Source: an uncultured Caulobacteraceae bacterium (GTDB taxonomy: Bacteria; Pseudomonadota; Alphaproteobacteria; Caulobacterales; Aquidulcibacteraceae). From it: DNA of 53,317 nucleotides. Position 1 is the stretch's first letter, and each line of letters opens with the position of its first letter. Below, piece by piece: positions 17,603 to 26,485 of this stretch. The stretch lies in contig CAYNCS010000002.1 in NCBI GenBank assembly GCA_964395875.1, positions 1-53,317 of the forward strand. Direction: 5' to 3'. The notes under the pieces are model-generated. The model made no database searches and was not told the origin of the DNA. It was given only the letters and a program-made list of their open reading frames with translations. The position numbers and the translations under genes were made by a program.

Positions 17603-19629
17603 TGTGCGGGATCGCGGGCATAATCGCGGGCGACCGCGCACCGCCGCCGGACATCGGCGCCCTGCAGCGCATGGCGGGCGCGCTGCTGCATCGCGGGCCG
17701 GACGGCGCCGGGTTTTTTCGCGACGATCACATCGGCCTCGCCCACACACGGCTCAGCATTGTCGACCTCGCCGGCGGCGCGCAGCCGATGGCCGATCGCG
17801 ATGAAGAGATCTGGGTGTGCTTCAACGGAGAGATTTTCAATCACGTCGAGTTGCGCAACGATCTCATCGCCGCAGGCCGTGCATTCGCAACCTCAAGCGA
17901 CACCGAAGTGATCATCCAGGCCTACGCCGAATGGGGCGAACGGGCGTGGACGCTGTTCAACGGTCAATTCGCTTTCGCATTGTGGGACAAGCGGCGCCGC
18001 GCCGTCTGGCTGGTGCGGGATCGTCTGGGAATCCTGCCGTTGTATTACGCCGAAACGCCAGAAGGGATCGTATTCGCGTCCGAAGTCAAGGCCATCCACG
18101 CCAGCGGCGCGCTCGCCCGCGAATTCGATCCGGCGGGCCTTGTGGAATCGTTCGTGCGTTGGTCGCCGACGGCGCCGCAAACCGTGTTCAAAGGGGTCAG
18201 GCAGGCGCCGAGCGGCTGCGCGCTCAAGATCGGCATGGATCTGCAAATCGAGGAACGGCCCTATTGGTCGCCGACCCAGGCGCTCGACGCGCCGTGGCGC
18301 GGCGGCGAGGACGAAGCCTGCGACGCGCTGGAATCCCTGCTGGCGTCGTCGATCCGGTTGCGGCTGCGCGCCGATGTTCCGGTCGGCGCCTATGTCAGCG
18401 GCGGTCTGGACTCTTCGGTGATCGGCGTGTTCGCGCGCGAACTATTGGGCGAGGCGCCGCTCGACACATTCGGGATCGGTTTCGAGGAAGAACGCTACGA
18501 CGAGCGGCCGCAACAGCGCGCGATGGCGGACGTCATTCAAAGCCGGCACCATGAAATGATCTGCGCGGGAACGGACATCCGCGCCAGCCTCGACGAGGTC
18601 GTCTGGCACTGCGAGACGCCGCTTTTGCGCACTTCGCCGTCGCCGATGTTTCACCTGTCGCAATCGGTGCGGGACGCCGGCGTGAAAACCGTGCTGACGG
18701 GTGAGGGCGCCGACGAATTGTTTGGCGGCTACACCCTCTTCAAGGAAGATTCGATCCGCCGCTTCTGGGCGCGGCGTCCGGACTCCGCGATGCGGCCGGC
18801 CTTGTTGTCGCGCATCCACCATTATGTGGGGTCGGCGGAAGCGCGCTCGAATGCGTTGTGGCGGGACTTTTTCGGCTATCGCCTGAGCGAGACCGGGCAT
18901 CCGCATTATGCGCATCTGGTGCGCTGGAGGAACAATGCCTGGGCGTTGCGCCTGTTGGCGCCGGAAATCCGCAACGCGATGTCGCCCGAGGCTTTGGAAG
19001 AATCCCTCGCCCGCCGCCTGCCGCAGCATTGGATGGCGTATTCGCCGCTGGAGCGCGCGCAGGTCACGGAGATCCAGACCTTCATGACGCCCTATCTCCT
19101 CGCCTCGCAGGCGGATCGCGTCGCCATGGCGCATGGCGTGGAAGCGCGCTACCCGTTCCTCGATGCGCATCTGGTGGATTTCGCGCTGTCGCTGCCCGCA
19201 AACCTGAAGCTGCAGGGGCTCTCGGATAAAATTCTCCTGCGCAGACTCGCCGCTCGCAAATTGCCGCGCGATCTTTGGGCGCGGAAGAAACAGCCGTTCC
19301 GCGCGCCGATCGCCTCGGCGCTGCTGACGCGCGACAGCCTTGAAGACGTCGCCAATCTGCTCGAAGACAGCACATTGATCGACAAAAAATCCGCTGGGTT
19401 GTTTCTGGATCGCGTGCGCCGCCGCGACGGCCAGGGCCTGGGCGAGCGCGAGGAAATGGGCGTCGCGGGTCTCATCACGACCTGCATGCTGGCGCGGCGC
19501 TTCGGCAAAGAATTCGAAAGCAACATCCAGCGCGGCGTGAACGCCATTTCGCGGCGCGCGCCATCCGTGATGATCGACCGCGCTTGCGCGGCCGTGGGCG
19601 AGGAAAGACGCATTGTGGGGAATCTATGA
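17602..19629 (+). CDS. Asparagine synthase-family glutamine amidotransferase (AsnB-like)
   Basis: Ntn nucleophile MCGIAG at the N-terminus. PP-loop SGGLDSS in the synthetase domain. Its start overlaps the ligase stop. Confidence 0.9.
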   Translation: MCGIAGIIAGDRAPPPDIGALQRMAGALLHRGPDGAGFFRDDHIGLAHTRLSIVDLAGGAQPMADRDEEIWVCFNGEIFNHVELRNDLIAAGRAFATSSDTEVIIQAYAEWGERAWTLFNGQFAFALWDKRRRAVWLVRDRLGILPLYYAETPEGIVFASEVKAIHASGALAREFDPAGLVESFVRWSPTAPQTVFKGVRQAPSGCALKIGMDLQIEERPYWSPTQALDAPWRGGEDEACDALESLLASSIRLRLRADVPVGAYVSGGLDSSVIGVFARELLGEAPLDTFGIGFEEERYDERPQQRAMADVIQSRHHEMICAGTDIRASLDEVVWHCETPLLRTSPSPMFHLSQSVRDAGVKTVLTGEGADELFGGYTLFKEDSIRRFWARRPDSAMRPALLSRIHHYVGSAEARSNALWRDFFGYRLSETGHPHYAHLVRWRNNAWALRLLAPEIRNAMSPEALEESLARRLPQHWMAYSPLERAQVTEIQTFMTPYLLASQADRVAMAHGVEARYPFLDAHLVDFALSLPANLKLQGLSDKILLRRLAARKLPRDLWARKKQPFRAPIASALLTRDSLEDVANLLEDSTLIDKKSAGLFLDRVRRRDGQGLGEREEMGVAGLITTCMLARRFGKEFESNIQRGVNAISRRAPSVMIDRACAAVGEERRIVGNL

Positions 19630-20606
19630 AACCAACAAACGCCTCCATCGGGGCCTTGTCGCCCGACGTGTTCACGCTTGATCGTCCGGCGGAGATCGAG
19701 CGCATCAGCTATTTTCTCAAGCAGTCGGTGCGAAGTCTGAGCCGGCGCGGCCTGGTGATCGGCGTCAGCGGCGGCATCGATTCCGCCGTCTGCGCGGCGC
19801 TGGCGGAGCATTCTTTGGGCCCCAAACGCGTGTTTGGCCTGCTTATGCCGGAACGCGATATGACGGATGACGCCCATGCGCGCGGCGAACGGCTGTGCCA
19901 GAAGCTGGGCATTCCGTACGCTGTGGAGAGCATCGAAGAGTCTCTGGAAGCCATAGCTTGCTACAGCCGTCGCGACGACGCCATCCGGCGCATCGTGCCA
20001 GAATACCAGCGGGATTGGCGGCACAAGATCACGATCAGCCCCGCAGAGAACGACACGATCCCGTTTTTCAATCTGGTGACCCAGGATCCGAAGGGCGAGC
20101 AAACCACGCGGCGCATGCCGCTCGACGTTTATCTGACGGTGGTCGCGGCGACAAATTTCAAACAGCGCATCCGCAAGAACCTGGAATATTACCATGCGGA
20201 CCGTCTGAACTACGCGGTCATCGGAACGCCGAACAAGCTGGAATACGATCTCGGTTTCTTTGTGCGCGGCGGCGACGGGCTCGCGGACGTCAAACCGATC
20301 GCGCATCTCTACAAGAACCAGGTGTACGCCCTGGCCGAAACGCTGGGCGTGACCGAAGAGATTCGCCGCCAGACGCCGAGCACCAACACCTACAGCCTGC
20401 CGCAAACCCAGGAAGAGTTCTATTACGCGCTCGACTACAAGCGGGCCGACCTCGCTTTGTATGCGCTGCTGAACGAAATCGACGCGGCCGCAGCCGCGCC
20501 TGCCTTGGGCCTCACGCCGGAGCAAACAGCTCATGTCTATCGCGACTTTAACGGCAAGCGCCGCGCCGCCGCGCGCGGACTCGCCGATGCGCTCATTATC
20601 GGCTAA
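19626..20606 (+). CDS. NAD+ synthetase-like PP-loop ATP pyrophosphatase (NadE family)
   Basis: The ATG at 19626 overlaps the AsnB-like stop (ATGA). PP-loop VIGVSGGIDSAV. NadE-like downstream blocks (NFKQRIR, GTPNKLE, DVKPIAHLYKNQVY). Confidence 0.85.
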   Translation: MKPTNASIGALSPDVFTLDRPAEIERISYFLKQSVRSLSRRGLVIGVSGGIDSAVCAALAEHSLGPKRVFGLLMPERDMTDDAHARGERLCQKLGIPYAVESIEESLEAIACYSRRDDAIRRIVPEYQRDWRHKITISPAENDTIPFFNLVTQDPKGEQTTRRMPLDVYLTVVAATNFKQRIRKNLEYYHADRLNYAVIGTPNKLEYDLGFFVRGGDGLADVKPIAHLYKNQVYALAETLGVTEEIRRQTPSTNTYSLPQTQEEFYYALDYKRADLALYALLNEIDAAAAAPALGLTPEQTAHVYRDFNGKRRAAARGLADALIIG

Positions 20607-20640
20607 CGCGCAAGTGTCGGCCCTGTCGATCAAGGCGGAT

Positions 20641-21843
20641 ATGGATGCAGGGCTCGCCTGCGTCCGCGCCGCGCTGGATCAGCCGGGTTTCAAACGGATC
20701 GACGCGGCGCTGCCGGCCGATGCGCGCACGCCCGAATTCTGGTTCGGCCTGTTGTCCGGCTATCCGCTCGACGGAGAGCGCGTCGAACGTCTGAAAGGTC
20801 TCAAGCGCAGCGTCGCGTCCGCGCTGGAAGGCGTGTACTCGCTTGAGCGCTACGCCGTGCTGCGGTCGCTCCAGCACACAGCGCCGCAGTGGGCGTCGCA
20901 ATCGCTGCCGCCCTCGATCATCCATTATTGCGCGCTGTTCTGCGAAGAAGTCGCGGCGAACGAAGCGCAATGGGCGCCGATGTTTGACGTCGACAATGAA
21001 CCACAACGCTTCGACGATCTGACGAAGATCGCGACCTTGCGGCGTTTTATTGCTGGCGAGGTGGCGCTCTCTTACGAGCGCGTGCCGCCGGCTCGCGGTG
21101 TGCTCAGCGTTCATCCTTTGGCGCTGCCGGGCTATCTCGCGCACCTGGCTCTGGTGATGCGCGGCATACAGCCGGTCATGTCCGTCCATTTGAATTACGG
21201 GCGCAAGGGTTCGCTCATACTGTCGCGGGAAAATTTCGAACGCTCGCTGTGGCGTCTGGCGAAAGCCGTGGAGATGCAGCCGCAGCTCAAGGGGATCAAC
21301 ACGGCGGCCTGGCTCTATTCGAAAGTCACGGGCGAGATCACGCCGCATATGGCGTGGATGCGCGATCTGTTTCTGGAGGGCGGGGCATATCTTGTTGATA
21401 TGCAGCCGCACCCGGCGGACCGCTACAGCTTCACGCACAACAACAAGAAGCGGCAGCAATTGTATGATGCGGGAAAATTTTGTCCCCGTTACACCGCCGT
21501 CTATTGGCAGCGTGACGACTTCCTGCGCTGGGCGGCGGCGCGGCCCCACCTTGCGGATGCGCTCGATGACCCCATTCAGGCGCCCGAAAATGCCGGCCCG
21601 TTTCTCGTGGCCTCGCCCAAACCGGCGGCGCAAACCAAGCGCAATTCGCCGATCACGCTGTGGAACGGCGTCGCTTTGGCGGATCGCGTCGGCCTCGTCC
21701 GATACATTGCACTGACGATGGTGGCTCCGGGCCTCGCCGCGGCAGGTCTCTGTGTGGCGGCGGGGCGCCCACTTTTGGCGCCGTTCGCGTTTGTCGCGAC
21801 CTTGTGGTCGAGTCAGGCGATCCAATATTTCGTTTCGCAATAA
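20641..21843 (+). CDS. Hypothetical protein with C-terminal membrane anchor, no recognisable family
   Basis: Co-directional ORF directly after the NadE-like gene. Alternative starts at 20533 and 20587 overlap the NadE-like gene. C-terminal hydrophobic stretch YIALTMVAPGLAAAGLCVAAGRPLLAPFAFVATLW. The opposite-strand ORF is Arg-rich shadow. Confidence 0.55.
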   Translation: MDAGLACVRAALDQPGFKRIDAALPADARTPEFWFGLLSGYPLDGERVERLKGLKRSVASALEGVYSLERYAVLRSLQHTAPQWASQSLPPSIIHYCALFCEEVAANEAQWAPMFDVDNEPQRFDDLTKIATLRRFIAGEVALSYERVPPARGVLSVHPLALPGYLAHLALVMRGIQPVMSVHLNYGRKGSLILSRENFERSLWRLAKAVEMQPQLKGINTAAWLYSKVTGEITPHMAWMRDLFLEGGAYLVDMQPHPADRYSFTHNNKKRQQLYDAGKFCPRYTAVYWQRDDFLRWAAARPHLADALDDPIQAPENAGPFLVASPKPAAQTKRNSPITLWNGVALADRVGLVRYIALTMVAPGLAAAGLCVAAGRPLLAPFAFVATLWSSQAIQYFVSQ

Positions 21844-21865
21844 GCATCCAGGCGGAGAAAATGTC

Positions 21866-22630
21866 ATGATATCGCGGCGAGAAGTGATCGTGACGGGCGC
21901 CGCCCTTGCCCTGGCCGGCTGCGCGCAAGAAACATCGGAAGGAGCCAAAATGGCGATCAATACGCCCCAGGACGCTTTGGCGGGCGTGGCGGGCAAGCGC
22001 GTCGTGTTCGCGCACCAATCGGTGGGCGGCAATATTCTCGAGGGCGTCGCGTTGCTGTCGGCGGAAACCGGCGTGGCGCTGCATGTGATCGAAACAGACT
22101 CGCCGCCGGAAATCGGCGCCGGATTGTATCATTTCTATGTCGGTGAGAACGGATCGCCGGCCGGCAAGATCGAGCACTTCGCGCGGGTGATGTCCGCAAG
22201 CGGCGCACCGGCTGTGGACGTCGCTCTTTTGAAGCTGTGCTACGTCGACATCACGGCTGGGTCCGACGCCGGCGCCGTCGCGGACAAATATGTCGCGACC
22301 CTGGAGACCCTGAAGTCGATACGGCCGGACGTGGCCTTCATCGCGGTAACCTGTCCGCTGACGGCTATTCGATCGGGCGCCAAGGAATCTCTGAAGAAAA
22401 TGCTCGGACGCGGCGCGCCGGATGTCGAGGACAACGCGCAAAGAACGCGCTTCAATGAGGCGCTGCGCGCACGCATTCCAGCGGATCGCCTGTTCGACCT
22501 CGCCGCAGCGGAGAGCATCGCCAATCCTCCGTCCTTGGCCGCTGAGTTCACAAATGACGGCGGCCATTTGAACCAAACCGGTCAGCGGCGCGTCGCCGCC
22601 GAGTTCTTGCGCGTCATCGCAAGCGTTTGA
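21866..22630 (+). CDS. Lipoprotein with SGNH-hydrolase-like C-terminal block
   Basis: ATG 21866 is preceded by GGAGAA. Lipobox LALAGC. C-terminal DGGHLNQTGQRRVAAEF resembles SGNH block V (DxxH). Confidence 0.6.
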   Translation: MISRREVIVTGAALALAGCAQETSEGAKMAINTPQDALAGVAGKRVVFAHQSVGGNILEGVALLSAETGVALHVIETDSPPEIGAGLYHFYVGENGSPAGKIEHFARVMSASGAPAVDVALLKLCYVDITAGSDAGAVADKYVATLETLKSIRPDVAFIAVTCPLTAIRSGAKESLKKMLGRGAPDVEDNAQRTRFNEALRARIPADRLFDLAAAESIANPPSLAAEFTNDGGHLNQTGQRRVAAEFLRVIASV

Positions 22631-22725
22631 CGGCGTCGCGCGCCGTACCGCCATCGACAATGACCGGGCGGAAATATATTCTGAAGTATCCCGGAATTGC
22701 ATTCCTGCGAGGATAGAGGCTCGGC

Positions 22726-23820
22726 ATGTCCTACAATCGGAAGGCGTCTGGACAGCGCCCTCAGATCGGGCGCCGGCGATTTCTGCGCGGCGGCGTGGCG
22801 CTGGGCGTCGGCGTCGCCGCGCCGCTTCATTCGAGCAGGGCGCGGGGCCGTCAGCGTGCGGACCTCTCGGCGCCGGACGATTTGATCTGGGGCGTCAACG
22901 GGCATCCGATCACGGCCTATCCCGGCGTCTCCCTGAACGATCAGCTCGAACTGGTGCGCGATCTTGGATTCACGCACTATCGCATCAATCTGCGCGGCGA
23001 CGGCTCGGCCGATTACCTTGAGCAGATTCTACGAGCGGCCGATTCATGGGACGTCACCATTCTGCCGATCCTTGTTGGGGCGGAACTGGATTTGGACAAG
23101 GTTCCCGCAAACGAAATCAAGGCGGCGAACTTCGAACTCGGCAAACGAATGGCCGCGCGTTTCAAGGGCCGGGTGCCGATCTGGGAACTCGGCAACGAGC
23201 TGGAAAATTACGCCATCATCCAGCCTTGCGAGATTCGCGACGATGGGACGCAATATCCGTGTGAATGGGGCCACGCGGGCGGCGTCGGTCCGCTCGATTA
23301 TGTCGGTCAACGTTGGGCGAAGGTGAGCGCGGTGCTGTCGGGTCTGGCCGAAGGCGTCGCAGCGGCCGACAAGAAAGCGCTGCGCGCGATGGGGACGGCC
23401 GGGTTCGGCCATCTTGGCGCCTTCGAGCGCATGAAGAACGACGGCATCCCCTGGGAGATCACCGTCTGGCACGATTACGAGACGATCCGGGAATCCTACC
23501 TCGAAACGCTGAAGGAATACGGCCGGCCAATCTGGGTGACGGAGTTCAATGCGGGCGGCGGCGGCGATAACTCGCATGAAGAAAATGCACGCCAGCTTGT
23601 CGAACGCATCGGCTACTACCGGAAGATGCGGACGGACTACAATGTCACCGCCGCCTTCCCGTATGAATTGCTGGACGAGCCCTATTGGGGCGATCATTTC
23701 GAGGCGCGCATGGGCCTGGCTTCGCTCAAGCCGCATGCTGAACACGAAAACGGTTGGGCGATCGACGCGCTGAAACCGCAGGGGCTCGCGGTCCGGGACG
23801 CCATCCTGCGGGGGGCCTGA
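22726..23820 (+). CDS. Tat-exported clan GH-A (GH5-like) glycoside hydrolase
   Basis: Twin-arginine signal GRRRFLRGGVALGVGVAAP. Acid/base motif WELGNELEN and nucleophile motif WVTEFN, typical of (beta/alpha)8 clan A hydrolases. Confidence 0.75.
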   Translation: MSYNRKASGQRPQIGRRRFLRGGVALGVGVAAPLHSSRARGRQRADLSAPDDLIWGVNGHPITAYPGVSLNDQLELVRDLGFTHYRINLRGDGSADYLEQILRAADSWDVTILPILVGAELDLDKVPANEIKAANFELGKRMAARFKGRVPIWELGNELENYAIIQPCEIRDDGTQYPCEWGHAGGVGPLDYVGQRWAKVSAVLSGLAEGVAAADKKALRAMGTAGFGHLGAFERMKNDGIPWEITVWHDYETIRESYLETLKEYGRPIWVTEFNAGGGGDNSHEENARQLVERIGYYRKMRTDYNVTAAFPYELLDEPYWGDHFEARMGLASLKPHAEHENGWAIDALKPQGLAVRDAILRGA

Positions 23821-24089
23821 AGTGGCGCGGGAATGGGCGGCGCTTCGGCAATCGCCTCTCGACTCAAACAATGGTTTTGGCATTCCGCGGCGGTGGGCCT
23901 AGCTGTGTGGGTGGGCGGATGGCGCTGGGCGCATCTTGTCGGCAATTACGCCTCGCGCGGGACAGGACCTAGGTCGGGCCGCAATGATCGTGATAGGTGA
24001 AGGGTGAAGAAAGCGGGCGCTCCCTCCATGACATCAGTGCGGACCTCTCTGACGGCGCGGCGCACTCTGATTCTCCGGTGCTGACTCAC

Positions 24090-25406
24090 ATGCCGTCCGA
24101 TCTCCCCACGCCGCAAGACGCGCCCATCGCCAGAAGACGTTTCCGTCTGGATGCGACCATTCTACGGAACGTTGCGCTGACCGGCGTTTTGCAGCTGAGC
24201 AATTATGCGCTCGGCTTGCTCACGGTGCCGTATCTTGCGCGCGTCCTGGGCGTGGAGCCTTATGGCGTCCTCGCGTTTTCGATCAGCCTCAACGCCTATT
24301 TATGGATGCTCATCGATTGGGGCTTCACCTTGAGCGCGACCAAGAACGTGGCGCGTCTTCGAGAAGATCCCGAAGCGTTGCGGAAGGTTTTCTGGGAAAC
24401 GATCGAAGCCAAGGCGTTGATCGGCGTTCTCGGTTTGACCTCGGTCGTCGCCGTGTCGTTTGCGGCGCCGGCGCAATACCGCGTACTGATCATTCTCGCC
24501 GGCGTGCTGAACATGCTGGGCTCCATCATTCAGATGGAATGGTTTGCACGCGGGCTTGAAGCGCTTGGCCGCTTCACGACAATGGCCGTCAGCGTGCGCG
24601 TGGTGACCGCTCTTCTGACGTTCCTTATCATTCACAAACCCGAAGATCTCTGGCTCATGCTCTTGCTGCAGGGTCTGTCGGGCTTTCTGATCGGCGCCTT
24701 GAGCTATTGGTACATCCAGCGTCAGTGGCGCTTCGCGCGTGTGGCGCATCCTTTGTCTGTGCTGTGGGCTCAGATATGGGATTGTCGGCACTATTTTCTG
24801 AGCCAGACCGCCGCGATCGGTTACGCCGCCGCCGCGCCTTTAATCCTGAGTCTGGTGTCGAATCCCGCTCAGGTCGGCCTCTACGCCGCCTCCGACAAAC
24901 TCGTCCGCGTCGCACTGATGGTCCTTGCGCCGATCAATCTCGCCATCTACCCGCGGATCAACGCGCTTATGACGAAGAACCCGGCGGCAGCGGCGCGCTT
25001 GGGCGTCATGGCGCTGGGGGCGCAGATGGCGATTGGAATCTGCCTGGCCGGCGGTCTGCAGCTTTTTGCTGATCCGGTGATCAATCTGGTCATGGGCCGC
25101 GCCTTCAACGCGGCGGTGCCAAGCTTTCAGGTGATGGCGCTTTTGCCTGCGCTCGCCGCGGCGAACGGCGTATTCAATCTGCTGTTTCTTTTGCCGCTTG
25201 GGCACAAGGATCTGGTCTCGCGCATCAGCGTCAGAACATTCTTCGCGTTTCTTGTCGCCGCGCCGGTTCTCGGCTGGCGCTTCGGCGCACTTGGCGGCGC
25301 CGTCGCGCTTATCGCCGCGGAGATCGGCATGTTCGTCTGGATGGCCTGGTCGTTGTGGAGCCGAGAACGCGGATACCTGCTCAGCGGACTGCGGCTGCGG
25401 CGCTAG
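24090..25406 (+). CDS. Wzx-type oligosaccharide flippase (MOP superfamily polysaccharide biosynthesis protein)
   Basis: Polytopic membrane protein of about 12 TM. N-terminal region RNVALTGVLQLSNYALGLLTVPYLARVLGVEPYGVLAF is typical of Wzx/RfbX. Start chosen at ATG 24090 (the ORF-track start at 23997 is GTG). Confidence 0.8.
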   Translation: MPSDLPTPQDAPIARRRFRLDATILRNVALTGVLQLSNYALGLLTVPYLARVLGVEPYGVLAFSISLNAYLWMLIDWGFTLSATKNVARLREDPEALRKVFWETIEAKALIGVLGLTSVVAVSFAAPAQYRVLIILAGVLNMLGSIIQMEWFARGLEALGRFTTMAVSVRVVTALLTFLIIHKPEDLWLMLLLQGLSGFLIGALSYWYIQRQWRFARVAHPLSVLWAQIWDCRHYFLSQTAAIGYAAAAPLILSLVSNPAQVGLYAASDKLVRVALMVLAPINLAIYPRINALMTKNPAAAARLGVMALGAQMAIGICLAGGLQLFADPVINLVMGRAFNAAVPSFQVMALLPALAAANGVFNLLFLLPLGHKDLVSRISVRTFFAFLVAAPVLGWRFGALGGAVALIAAEIGMFVWMAWSLWSRERGYLLSGLRLRR

Positions 25407-26485
25407 GCGGCGAAGCTGGAAATGATTTCCAGCAATTGCGCCGCGCTTTTGCGCCAAGTGAATTGGCTGGCGTGCGCCGCGCCTTGCGTCCTCTGCGCCT
25501 CCCATAAAGCGGGTTGCGTTGCGAGGGAACGCATGGCGCCAGCCCATTCCTGCGGAGAGTGCGCGCCGGCGTAGAGCGCCGCCGATCCGCAGACTTCCGG
25601 CAGCGCGCCGCATGGCGCCACGATAGCGGGGCAGCCGGTCAGCATGGCTTCCAGCGGCGGCAGGCCGAACCCTTCCGTCAAGGATGGACAGGCAAAGCAC
25701 AAAGCATCCATCATCAGGCCGCGCATGTCGGAATCGGAGACGCGCCCGGCGAAGATCACTTTGTCGTTTGGCGGAAACCCCGCGGCGGTGAAATCTTCGG
25801 CCTTTGCGCCGCCGATCAGAACCAGACGCATGTCCGCATCGTCCAGGAGTTCGATGGCTTTGAAGAGAAGGCCGATATTCTTGTGCGCCTGGGTGTTTGC
25901 AAGCGCCAGGACGAACTTTCGGGGCGAAAGATTCAGTCTCGCCGCTGCGTCGCACGCAGGCGTCACGCGCAGTATGTGATCGACGCCATTGTGCAGCACG
26001 CGAATCTTTTCGAGCGGCGCGACCTTGTGCTGCGCCAGCATCTGCCGGGAATATTCCGAGACCGTCAGCACGCAGGCGGACCTGTGGCCCAGGGTGGGAA
26101 GCGCGAGCTTGTACCAGGCGACGAACGCCGGCGAATAGGATTCCGGCGTGATGTAGATCTGCGCGTCGTGGATCATGGTCAGCGCGCGCGCCGCCGCCAA
26201 AGGCCCCAGATTGCAGAGATTGACCAGCAAGCCGTCACGGGCACGGACGGGCAGTTCGAGCTGCTCCCACCAGATCCAGGGCAGCTTGCCGGGTTCTGCG
26301 CATTGAATACGCGCGAATCCTCCGACGGCGCCGGCGTTCGACGGCAACAGAATATCCATTGTCTGGCGCGCGCCGGACTCAGCGAGAATGTCGTCCATCG
26401 CGCGCAGCAATTCCTCCGCTACGCGGTGAACGCCGGTCATGTGGGCGGAGTAGAACTTTCCGTTCAGATAGACCGGCAAGGTCAT
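25403..26485 (-). CDS. Glycosyltransferase family 4 (GT-B, retaining)
   Basis: E-x7-E region PSLTEGFGLPPLEAM; 360 aa. Confidence 0.85.
   Translation of the reverse strand: MTLPVYLNGKFYSAHMTGVHRVAEELLRAMDDILAESGARQTMDILLPSNAGAVGGFARIQCAEPGKLPWIWWEQLELPVRARDGLLVNLCNLGPLAAARALTMIHDAQIYITPESYSPAFVAWYKLALPTLGHRSACVLTVSEYSRQMLAQHKVAPLEKIRVLHNGVDHILRVTPACDAAARLNLSPRKFVLALANTQAHKNIGLLFKAIELLDDADMRLVLIGGAKAEDFTAAGFPPNDKVIFAGRVSDSDMRGLMMDALCFACPSLTEGFGLPPLEAMLTGCPAIVAPCGALPEVCGSAALYAGAHSPQEWAGAMRSLATQPALWEAQRTQGAAHASQFTWRKSAAQLLEIISSFAA

Noticed and set aside
16427-17749. 440-aa minus-strand ORF opposite the AMP-ligase gene
   Set aside because: Arg-rich shadow. The plus strand encodes canonical adenylate-forming motifs.
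19149-20633. 494-aa minus-strand ORF opposite the AsnB-like and NadE-like genes
   Set aside because: No recognisable domain and Arg/His-rich composition. The plus strand has the SGGIDS PP-loop and gene-to-gene ATGA coupling.
8998-21843. Exosortase (XrtA) / PEP-CTERM system
   Set aside because: The ACP/ligase/Asn-synthase genes recall such loci. However, no polytopic exosortase-like ORF, PEP-CTERM-tailed protein, PrsK/PrsR pair or TPR lipoprotein is present in the window.
20596-22032. 478-aa minus-strand ORF as an alternative to the orphan plus-strand gene 20641..21843
   Set aside because: Its composition (runs of R, H, Q, P) is typical of antisense frames. The plus-strand frame has balanced composition, a hydrophobic C-terminal anchor and fits the operon direction. 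A GC3/codon-usage calculation would settle this.
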